Assembly: GCA_964421005.1 (NCBI GenBank)
Contig: CAYQUV010000001.1
Location: forward strand, 1-57,809
Source: an uncultured Candidatus Saccharibacteria bacterium
GTDB taxonomy: Bacteria > Patescibacteriota > Minisyncoccia > Minisyncoccales > CG1-02-41-26
Reading direction: 5' to 3'
DNA: 57,809 nucleotides
This document shows, piece by piece, positions 33,045 through 39,745 of the stretch. Under the pieces are notes generated by a model, which was given only the letters and a program-made list of their open reading frames with translations, did no database searches and was not told where the DNA came from. The stretch's first letter is position 1, and each line of letters begins with the position of its first letter. A program made the translations under genes and the position numbers.

Positions 33045-33806
33045 ATGCGGAAAAAATTTCCTCTTGGCAAAAAGTCATTTCTATTCCTTAAAGAGCTCCT
33101 CTTGGACATTCTTTTCCCTCAATTTTGTCTGCGCTGCGGCAAAGAAGGAAATTTAATCTGCCAGGATTGTCTAAGCACAATTGAAATATCAGAATATCAG
33201 TTCTGTCCTTTTTGTAAAAAGCCAAACAGGGTCAGGATAGAAGACACCGAAAAAAAGGGGAAATGTAAAGCTCATCAGAAAATGAATCTCGATGGACTTT
33301 TCTCGGCTACATCCTACGAAAACAGTCTAGTAAGAAATCTTATCAGAAAATTTAAATATCAGCCTTTTCTAAAAACCCTCCGGGAACCTTTGGCTTTTTT
33401 AATAATAGCACATTTCTTTCTAAGCGGGAACAAAAACTTTTTCGAAAAATCCGGAAGTTCTCTTTTTCTGCCTGTTCCTCTTTATTATAAAAGAGAAAAG
33501 TGGAGAGGATTCAATCAATCAAGCGAAATCGCAAAAATTCTTTCAGAATTTTTTAAAATTCCTCTCCAGACTAATAATCTCATAAAAATTAAAAGGACTC
33601 AACCGCAGGCGAATCTCTCCAGAGAAGAAAGAAAAAAGAATGTCAAAGATGCGTTTTTAATAAAAAATCATCAGACAATCAAAGGAAAAAGAATATTTTT
33701 GGTTGACGATGTTTTTACCACCGGTCAGACCCTAGAAGGATGTAGTAAAGTTCTGAAAGAAGCGGGGGCTAAAGAGGTCTGGGGAATTGTTATAGCCAGA
33801 GAATAA
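33045..33806 (+). CDS. comFC: ComF-family phosphoribosyltransferase-like competence protein
   Basis: N-terminal Zn-ribbon (FPQFCLRCG...CQDC...CPFC) and a C-terminal PRTase motif IFLVDDVFTTGQT. The start is uncertain: ATG 32979 or 33045. Confidence 0.85.
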   Translation: MRKKFPLGKKSFLFLKELLLDILFPQFCLRCGKEGNLICQDCLSTIEISEYQFCPFCKKPNRVRIEDTEKKGKCKAHQKMNLDGLFSATSYENSLVRNLIRKFKYQPFLKTLREPLAFLIIAHFFLSGNKNFFEKSGSSLFLPVPLYYKREKWRGFNQSSEIAKILSEFFKIPLQTNNLIKIKRTQPQANLSREERKKNVKDAFLIKNHQTIKGKRIFLVDDVFTTGQTLEGCSKVLKEAGAKEVWGIVIARE

Positions 33807-33853
33807 ATAATTTATAATCGAAACATAGCTGAAAATAATTGATATTGAGAATC

Positions 33854-33895
33854 AAAAAAACCCCGCCGGAAACAGAATCTCCAACGGGGTTTTTT
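33854..33895. terminator. Bidirectional terminator between convergent comFC and the holin-like gene
   Basis: aaaaaaa-ccccgccgga...tccaacgggg-tttttt, with A- and T-runs on either side. Confidence 0.65.
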
Positions 33896-33899
33896 AGTT

Positions 33900-34220
33900 T
33901 TATTTCTTTAAACTTCTCGGTAAAGGTAATCCGATTCTTCCTAAATTTCCAATTATGGAAGCCAATAAAGCAATTATTATTAAAACAAAAGCTACTGGTA
34001 CGATAAAATCTAAACTGGGCAAAGCCTGCCCTACTATTTGAATAACAGCAAAGCCAAGAACATAGCCCAGAAGCGGCCCTTTCATAAAATTAGCCAATTT
34101 TCTGAAAAGAAAATCTTTTTTAACAATAGCGCCGATAATTCCAAAGACAATATCAATCATTAATAAAATTACAATCCACTGCATCTGGTTAGTTGCAAAC
34201 AAAGGAACAAGATTTTCCAT
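33900..34220 (-). CDS. Small 3-TM membrane protein resembling phage holin family proteins
   Basis: QWIVILLMIDIVFGIIGAIVKKDF..RKL..GPLLGYVLGFAVIQIV resembles my recollection of the holin 4_1-type family (I-x-D-x-x-x-G-x-x-x-A followed by a basic patch). 106 aa. Confidence 0.4.
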   Translation of the reverse strand: MENLVPLFATNQMQWIVILLMIDIVFGIIGAIVKKDFLFRKLANFMKGPLLGYVLGFAVIQIVGQALPSLDFIVPVAFVLIIIALLASIIGNLGRIGLPLPRSLKK

Positions 34221-34486
34221 AGGTTTAATTTTCGTTTCTTAATTTTAATTTACGACCTTTATTAATACCCTCCTTATAAGAGGTTTAGGATTATTACTTT
34301 TTCTTAATCTTCTTTTTACCCAAACTCTCTCTTTTCCGCCGTGGGAGAGAATCTTTTTTCGGTGTTAACGTCCCGAATTTCGAATCAACTTTATCCCAAA
34401 TCGACCCATTTATTCGGAAACTAAGAAAAATTTATCAAGATAACCCTGATTATTTTAAAGTCCCTAAACTTGCTCTTTATTAATTA

Positions 34487-34900
34487 TTAACTTATTTTTC
34501 CCAAATCGCCATTTAAGATAATCGGTTGCATCGCTTCTAATTCATCTCTGTATGAAACTTCTGGGATTGGATTAAGTAAGAAAATTGTTTTATTAAGCAC
34601 ATACGCAAATCCCATCTCAAGAAATGAGTTGCCCCCAATATAATTCTTAATACCGCTTTTATCCTCATTAATAACCAAGATTGCATCAGCGTTGCTAATC
34701 TCCTTAAAGTAATCTCTAATTAAATCATGATCTATTTTATTTTTAACTGACTCAGAATGAATTTCATCTAAATTATCCATTCTAGCATATTCCTCTGTAA
34801 ACTTTGGCAAAATTATTTCATGATTCAATTTTCTGAGACCATTGCCAATCTCTGTCATTTTCTTTACAAAGGTCATGCTTCCACAAATAACTATTTTCAT
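34487..34900 (-). CDS. Nucleoside 2-deoxyribosyltransferase-like protein
   Basis: The N-terminal KIVICGSM and GGNSFLEMGFAYVLNKTIFLL resemble the Rossmann-like NDT fold motif (G-T-x-x-E-x-G-x-A-x-x-x-x-K). Confidence 0.4.
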   Translation of the reverse strand: MKIVICGSMTFVKKMTEIGNGLRKLNHEIILPKFTEEYARMDNLDEIHSESVKNKIDHDLIRDYFKEISNADAILVINEDKSGIKNYIGGNSFLEMGFAYVLNKTIFLLNPIPEVSYRDELEAMQPIILNGDLGKIS

Positions 34901-34934
34901 AATTTAAACTTAATTTGGTTCGAAGTTGGACATC

Positions 34935-35024
34935 TGGCGGAGGGAGTGGGACTCGAACCCACACGCCAATTTCTTGGCACCGGTTTTCAAGACCGGCTCC
35001 TTAGCCAATTCGGAACACCCCTCC
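34935..35024 (-). tRNA. tRNA-Ser (anticodon UGA), CCA encoded
   Basis: Cloverleaf read by hand: acceptor ggagggg/tccctcc, anticodon arm ccggt-cuUGAaa-accgg, long variable arm, T-loop ttcgagt. Confidence 0.9.
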
Positions 35025-35027
35025 AAC

Positions 35028-35119
35028 TGGCGGTGGGTGCAGGATTCGAACCTGCGGGGGACTTTTTAAATCCCCGGAGTTTAGCAAACTCCTGCTTTGG
35101 ACCACTCAGCCAACCCACC
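35028..35119 (-). tRNA. tRNA-Ser (anticodon GCU), CCA encoded
   Basis: Acceptor ggtgggt/acccacc, anticodon arm ggagt-uuGCUaa-actcc, long variable arm, T-loop ttcgaat. Confidence 0.9.
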
Positions 35120-35198
35120 TTATGGTTATAATTTAACAATTTAAATTCTACCATCAAAAATTAGAAAAATCAATCAAAAAGAGAATTTATTCTCAGGC

Positions 35199-35227
35199 TT
35201 GACATTTTTCCTTTCCTGGATTATCTT
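35199..35227 (+). promoter_or_regulatory. Putative sigma-70 promoter (TTGACA, 17 nt spacer, TATCTT) for the 3D-domain gene
   Basis: ttgacatttttcctttcctggattatctt lies 17 nt upstream of ATG 35244. Confidence 0.4.
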
Positions 35228-35243
35228 AAGAGAATATTATTAA

Positions 35244-35759
35244 ATGTTAAAGCCCAACAATCTACACTTTCTGACTCTCTTGGTCTTAACGGTAACTCTT
35301 ATTTTTTCCCCGATTTTTCTGCTCAAAAAAGAAAAAGTAATGGCAGATGAGTTTTTTATTACAGATAAAATGAATGAGGGAGAATTCTCAACTTTCCCAA
35401 TTTACCAAGAAACAACCCTCCTCCCCTTAACATCCCCGATTCTCCGGGAAGATTCCGAAAAGATAAAAAGAATAAAAGTATTAGTCACTGCTTACTCTTC
35501 CTCTGTTTGGGAAACTCAGGGCGACCCTTTTATTACAGCTTCAGGAAACAAAGTAAGAGATGGAATTGTCGCAAATAATAAGTATCCTTTTGGGACAAAG
35601 GTTAGGTTCCCCGAGATCTACGGAGATAAAATTTTCATAGTCGAGGACAGAATGCACAGTAGAAAAGGGCCTTATCAATTTGATATTTGGATGGATTCCT
35701 ATGAGAAAGCGAAAAATTTCGGAGCAAAAATAGTCGAAGCTGAAATTTTTATTGATTAA
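35244..35759 (+). CDS. 3D-domain (MltA/RlpA-like double-psi beta-barrel) cell-wall-binding or lytic protein
   Basis: N-terminal TM. VTAYSS...ETQGDPFITASG..V.DGIVA......FGTKV.......IFIVEDRM......QFDIWM matches the 3D-domain pattern with conserved Asp residues. Confidence 0.8.
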   Translation: MLKPNNLHFLTLLVLTVTLIFSPIFLLKKEKVMADEFFITDKMNEGEFSTFPIYQETTLLPLTSPILREDSEKIKRIKVLVTAYSSSVWETQGDPFITASGNKVRDGIVANNKYPFGTKVRFPEIYGDKIFIVEDRMHSRKGPYQFDIWMDSYEKAKNFGAKIVEAEIFID

Positions 35760-35790
35760 AAAGTTCTCGCGAAATTTTCTCAATTAAAAA

Positions 35791-35816
35791 CCCACAGCCA
35801 AGCAGTGGGGTTTTTT
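35791..35816 (+). terminator. Terminator after the 3D-domain gene
   Basis: cccacagc-caa-gcagtggg followed by gttttttg. Confidence 0.6.
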
Positions 35817-35941
35817 GTTTCTAAGAGAAGAGCAAAAAAGAGCAGGGCGGATATTAAAAAATTGGTTTTGAAAACAATAGTTAAAATTGTTCGAACAATC
35901 TTTTGAAGATAGTGCACCAACGAAAAAACAATAATTGGTAG

Positions 35942-36025
35942 TGCCGCGGGTGGGACTCGAACCCACACGGGAAAATTCCCAACGGATTTTAAGTCCGTCT
36001 CGGTTACCAATTACGACACCGCGGC
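35942..36025 (-). tRNA. tRNA-Leu (anticodon UAA), no encoded CCA
   Basis: Acceptor gccgcgg/ccgcggc, anticodon arm acgga-cuUAAaa-tccgt, long variable arm, T-loop ttcgagt. Confidence 0.88.
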
Positions 36026-36033
36026 AAAATTTG

Positions 36034-36105
36034 AGGCCAGGGCGGGATTTGCACCCGCGTATATTGGTTTTGCAGACCAATGCCTTGCTGCTTGGCTACC
36101 TGGCC
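36034..36105 (-). tRNA. tRNA-Cys (anticodon GCA), no encoded CCA
   Basis: Acceptor ggccagg/cctggcc, anticodon arm ttggt-cuGCAaa-accaa. T arm gcggg-tgcaaat-cccgc, so the T-loop reads UGC rather than the usual UUC. Confidence 0.85.
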
Positions 36106-36132
36106 AAAACTGTTTATCACATTAATTAAATC

Positions 36133-36495
36133 TTAATTTCTCTGGTTTTTCAAGGTTCGATTTTCTTCAAGTTCGCTCAAAATTCTATCAACTTTCTGCT
36201 CTCTTTGCAATTCTTTATCCTCAAAGAATTCTATTTTCGGCACAAATTTAATTTCCAGACGTTTGTTTAAAATCTGCTGGATATTGTAAATTTCTCTGTT
36301 TAAAGCTACCAAAACTTTTTTAGCTTCTTTCTCGGGGAAAACGGAAATAAAAACTTTGCTCTGGCTTAAATCTTTTGAGGTTTCAACCTCGGTTACGGTA
36401 ACCAGAATATTTTTTGCCAGACTTAGTTCTTTCAATATAATTTTACCTAATTCTTTTTTTATTAAACTGTTTATTTTTTTGATTCTTTCTGACAT
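36133..36495 (-). CDS. rbfA: Ribosome-binding factor A
   Basis: 120 aa, immediately downstream of infB, which is the conserved order. KH-like RbfA pattern (VTVTEVETSKDLSQSKVFISV). Confidence 0.85.
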   Translation of the reverse strand: MSERIKKINSLIKKELGKIILKELSLAKNILVTVTEVETSKDLSQSKVFISVFPEKEAKKVLVALNREIYNIQQILNKRLEIKFVPKIEFFEDKELQREQKVDRILSELEENRTLKNQRN

Positions 36496-36513
36496 CAGTT
36501 GAAATTAAAATTT

Positions 36514-38034
36514 TTACAGGGCTTTTTTGACTTTTTCGGTCTTGAAAACAGCCAATACATCCCCTTCTTCAATATCCGGCCCCTCCTCAAACAGAATCCC
36601 GATTTCTTTCCCCTTGCCGGCCGTAGCAATTTCTTTCTTTTCCTGCTCAATGCTCCTGATTCTCCCTTTGCCTATTACTTCTCCATCTCTTAAAACCTCG
36701 CCTTCTGTTTCTTTTGTTATCTCTCCTTCAATCACCCTGCCGCCGACAATCTGTTTGTCCTTATTTTTTTTAAACAAAACTAAAATTTTAACCTTACCCA
36801 GGTCAATTCTCTTTGTTTCTGGAGTCAAAAGTTTTTCCATTTCTTTTCTTACCTCTTCAACAAGTTCGTAAACTACTTCAAAAATTTTAGGAGAAAGTTT
36901 TTTTTGCCGGCTGAAAAAGCGAGCGTTCTCATCCATTTTTACCCTGAAGCCGAAAATTTTAGCTCTTGAGTTTTCGGCAAGTTGAATATCAGAAACCCCG
37001 ATATTACCAACTTCACTCTTTATAATTCTCAAAATTACCTCTTCCTGAGGAATACTCCCCAAAACATCTTCAATTGCCTCCAAGGAACCTAGAACATCGG
37101 CTCTCAAAATAATGTTTAAAACTTTTTTCCCCTCAGATATTGAGAGAACCCGAGATTCTTTTTCTTTCTCCTTTTCTTTTTCCTTTTGAATTTCTTCTCT
37201 GGCTGCTTCAAGTTCAGAGAAAACTCTGAATTTTTCTCCGACTTTAGGAACTTTTTCAAACCCCAAAACCTGAACCGGCTGTGAGGGGAAAGCTTCTCTT
37301 ATCGTTTTTCCCTGAAAATCGGTTAAACTTTTAACCCTGCCGCAAGCAGAGGAAGTACCTAAAACATCATTTTCTTTCAAGATTCCTTTTCTTATGAGCA
37401 AAGTAGCAACCGGTCCTTTTTTGGCATCAAGAAGGCTTTCAATAACTGTTCCTTCAGCTTTACCCGAAATAACTGTTTTCAAATCTTCAATTTCGGCCAC
37501 CAAAAGAATAGTTTCTAAAAGATCTTCTATTCCTTCGCCTGTTTTGCCGGAAGTGAGAATAGACGGAACTTTTCCTCCCAAAGATTCGACTAAAACTCCG
37601 TTTTCAGAAAGTTCTTTCTTTACTTTTTCCACCTGGGCTTCCGGTCTGTCGATTTTATTCAAGCTAACAATTATTGGAATCTGGGCTTTTTTACAGGCTA
37701 AAATTGCCTCTTTTGTCTGAGCTTTTACTCCTTCAGTCGCATCAACCACCAGAACAGCTATATCAGCCACCTTAGCCCCTCTGCTTCTCATTGCCGAAAA
37801 AACTTCATGACCGGGAGTATCAATGAAAGTAATTTTTTTACCGCCTTTCTCAATTTCATAAGCTCCGATATGCTGAGTGATTCCTCCTGCTTCTTTTTCG
37901 GTTATTTTTATGTCTTTAATCTTTTCAATCAAAGTGCTTTTACCGTGATCAACATGGCCTAGAACAACCACTACCGGCGGCTTGGTTATTTCTTCTTTTT
38001 CAATTTTTTCTTTTTCTTCAACCATATAAAGCAT
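36514..38034 (-). CDS. infB: Translation initiation factor IF-2 (short form, no long N-terminal region)
   Basis: G domain VLGHVDHGKSTL, DTPGH, NKID. C-terminal IF2 domains follow. 506 aa. Confidence 0.95.
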   Translation of the reverse strand: MLYMVEEKEKIEKEEITKPPVVVVLGHVDHGKSTLIEKIKDIKITEKEAGGITQHIGAYEIEKGGKKITFIDTPGHEVFSAMRSRGAKVADIAVLVVDATEGVKAQTKEAILACKKAQIPIIVSLNKIDRPEAQVEKVKKELSENGVLVESLGGKVPSILTSGKTGEGIEDLLETILLVAEIEDLKTVISGKAEGTVIESLLDAKKGPVATLLIRKGILKENDVLGTSSACGRVKSLTDFQGKTIREAFPSQPVQVLGFEKVPKVGEKFRVFSELEAAREEIQKEKEKEKEKESRVLSISEGKKVLNIILRADVLGSLEAIEDVLGSIPQEEVILRIIKSEVGNIGVSDIQLAENSRAKIFGFRVKMDENARFFSRQKKLSPKIFEVVYELVEEVRKEMEKLLTPETKRIDLGKVKILVLFKKNKDKQIVGGRVIEGEITKETEGEVLRDGEVIGKGRIRSIEQEKKEIATAGKGKEIGILFEEGPDIEEGDVLAVFKTEKVKKAL

Positions 38035-38073
38035 CTTATCTCATTATTTTTCTTATTTCAAGCAAAAAATTTT

Positions 38074-38100
38074 AAAAAACCGCCCCGAAAGGGCGTTTTT
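38074..38100. terminator. Small GC hairpin flanked by A- and T-runs, 40-60 nt upstream of the infB start
   Basis: aaaaaac-cgccc-cgaaa-gggcg-ttttt. On the minus strand it would terminate a transcript coming from the 38.1-38.3 kb island just before infB. Confidence 0.5.
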
Positions 38101-38331
38101 ACTAGTAACTTTTCGTGATACCTTTTTGGAAAAAAGCGGTGTGTATTTGAAAAAATCCGAACTGATTTTGCGCGCGATTGGCTCGGCGGGCGGAATTCCT
38201 CCCGGGCTCCCTTTCTGCTCGCTTCGCTTTGAAGCGGAAGCAAAAAGCAAACCGCCAAAGAACCTGAAAAAATGTTGGCTCGAACTTTATTTTGAAAGAC
38301 AAAAAATTCAATTTTGCGCCTAAATAAAATC

Positions 38332-38364
38332 GGCTGGCGAGCCCTCGCAGAGGGCGAGCCAGCC
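38332..38364 (-). terminator. Terminator hairpin just downstream of tRNA-Ser(CGA)
   Basis: ggctggcgagccctc-gca-gagggcgagccagcc: 13 of 15 positions pair. A U-rich run follows on the minus strand. Confidence 0.65.
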
Positions 38365-38379
38365 TCAATGCTTTCCAAC

Positions 38380-38470
38380 TGGCGGAGAGGGTGGGATTTG
38401 AACCCACGTGTCCTTACGGACCATCGGTTTTCGAAACCGCGCCGTTATGTCCAAACTTCGGTACCTCTCC
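38380..38470 (-). tRNA. tRNA-Ser (anticodon CGA), CCA encoded
   Basis: Acceptor ggagagg/cctctcc, anticodon loop uuCGAaa, long variable arm, T-loop ttcaaat. Confidence 0.88.
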
Positions 38471-38588
38471 ATATTTACTTCTAAAAAATTGTTTAAATTT
38501 ATTTAGATGTTTTGGATTAGAAAACCCTATTATCCGAAAGTAATCAATAATTTCTTTTTCTCTTCTTAAAAAAACACTAAATTTTGTA

Positions 38589-39182
38589 TTACGAGTTGGA
38601 TGAAGTCCAAATTGTTCTAATTTTGTTTTGAAAAAATAGAATCGGAAGAGATCGATTTGTAAAATTCATTGCGCAGTTAAAATAAACTTTATCTTTATAA
38701 GGATGTCCATCAATATAGAGACATCCATCGGTATCAAATAAACCTTTTAAACATGATTTAGTAAAAAATTCCGACTTCCTAATCCAATAAGGCGCCCTTA
38801 TCTGTTGCCTGACCTTCTCTCCTATTTTTAATCCTACACTAAGCATAAACTCCACTAGTTCAGTTTTTGAGACAACAATATTTACTATATTTTCTCCTTT
38901 TATTTCTCGCACTGAAGGTTTTAATTTAAAAAGTTTTTGAAAAAGATTATTAACGTACTGTATAAAATCTCTATCATCAAACTTATGAAGAACTATTGTC
39001 GCTTGTCTTGGTGTAATATTTCCATCTCCTAAAACAATACCAACAAACTCAGCCAAATCTTCAGAAAACTCTGGCTTCTTGATAGGTTTTCTTTTAAAGA
39101 ATTTGCTTCTATCAATAAACTTTCCTTTACTTTCCCACCATTCACACCATTTCTTCTTACGATATTCCGGGTCTCCGCCCAT
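38589..39182 (-). CDS. LAGLIDADG-family homing-endonuclease-like protein (two-motif, single-chain type)
   Basis: Two dodecapeptide motifs: LAEFVGIVLGDGNI and LKGLFDTDGCLYI. Confidence 0.85.
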   Translation of the reverse strand: MGGDPEYRKKKWCEWWESKGKFIDRSKFFKRKPIKKPEFSEDLAEFVGIVLGDGNITPRQATIVLHKFDDRDFIQYVNNLFQKLFKLKPSVREIKGENIVNIVVSKTELVEFMLSVGLKIGEKVRQQIRAPYWIRKSEFFTKSCLKGLFDTDGCLYIDGHPYKDKVYFNCAMNFTNRSLPILFFQNKIRTIWTSSNS

Positions 39183-39238
39183 CCTACCATATTTTTATGT
39201 GCAGATAATCCGCCAACTTTAGCGCCTTTATTGACATA

Positions 39239-39583
39239 TCAAAACGGTTCTTTTATTTTAATATCTTTTGGTAAAGGAATTCCTGCTTTTTGACAGCGTT
39301 TTTTTAAACCAGGTAATGAAATTAAAAATTTTTCTCTTTTCCAATCAGTCATCGACCTTGCATGGATTCCAGCAAGTGCGGCAAATTCTTTTAAGCTTAA
39401 ACCTAATTGATTTTGGATTCTTTTCAAAAAAATTCTTTGTCCTCCTTTAAGGAATACAACCCGTTTATAACATTTATATTTTATTTCCAAATCAGCCATA
39501 TCACTATCATAAATAAGATACACAAGCAATCTTAGACAATCCAATATTTGCTTCTCTACAGGTAAAACAATTCTCTCAGCCAA
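39239..39583 (-). CDS. Helix-turn-helix (XRE-like) protein, possibly the detached N-terminal DNA-binding module of the downstream LAGLIDADG gene
   Basis: LGLSLKEFAALAGIHARSMTDWKREK is a classic HTH. It ends 56 nt upstream of the LAGLIDADG ORF, on the same strand but in a different frame. It begins with an alternative TTG start. Confidence 0.6.
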   Translation of the reverse strand: MAERIVLPVEKQILDCLRLLVYLIYDSDMADLEIKYKCYKRVVFLKGGQRIFLKRIQNQLGLSLKEFAALAGIHARSMTDWKREKFLISLPGLKKRCQKAGIPLPKDIKIKEPF

Positions 39584-39681
39584 TTAGAAGCACTCCTCCA
39601 ATTTTTAAGATACCATTAAATTAAAATTAAGTCAAAATAAGAACCTTTCGTATGTTTGCCTTCGGGCAAGTTATTAAATAA

Positions 39682-39711
39682 AAATTTGCGGAGAACCTTC
39701 TCCGCAAATTT
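39682..39711 (-). terminator. Terminator after the histidine kinase gene
   Basis: Perfect 12-bp stem aaatttgcggag-aacctt-ctccgcaaattt, T-rich downstream on the minus strand. A second UUCG hairpin (ttgcc-ttcg-ggcaa) lies at 39656-39669. Confidence 0.7.
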
Positions 39712-39745
39712 AATGATTACGAAACTTTAGAATAAATTTGAAAAC

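Noticed and set aside
34221-34486. Plus-strand hairpin ctctc-ttttccgccgtgg-gagag followed by a T-run in the spacer between the NDT-like and holin-like genes, considered as the end of a small plus-strand RNA.
   Set aside because: There is no upstream promoter-like element or conserved-looking structure on the plus strand. A single 5-bp stem is weak evidence.
34820-36129. ORFs 34820-35131, 35780-36010, 35784-36080 and 35935-36129. The same applies to ORF 41095-41409.
   Set aside because: They run straight through hand-verified tRNA genes (Ser, Ser, Leu, Cys; Ala, Gly, Phe, Val). GC-rich tRNA sequence simply lacks stops.
38053-38407. Four overlapping ORFs (65-106 aa) on both strands in the 38.1-38.4 kb region.
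   Set aside because: Several frames are open at once in a GC-rich segment, one runs into the tRNA-Ser gene, and there are no motifs. This fits non-coding structured DNA and is treated as a candidate RNA/leader instead.
33900-39583. An intact prophage, integrative element or IS.
   Set aside because: No integrase, transposase, capsid, terminase or terminal inverted repeats were found. Only isolated phage-flavoured genes (holin-like, 3D domain, LAGLIDADG) are interspersed with core genes (rbfA, infB).
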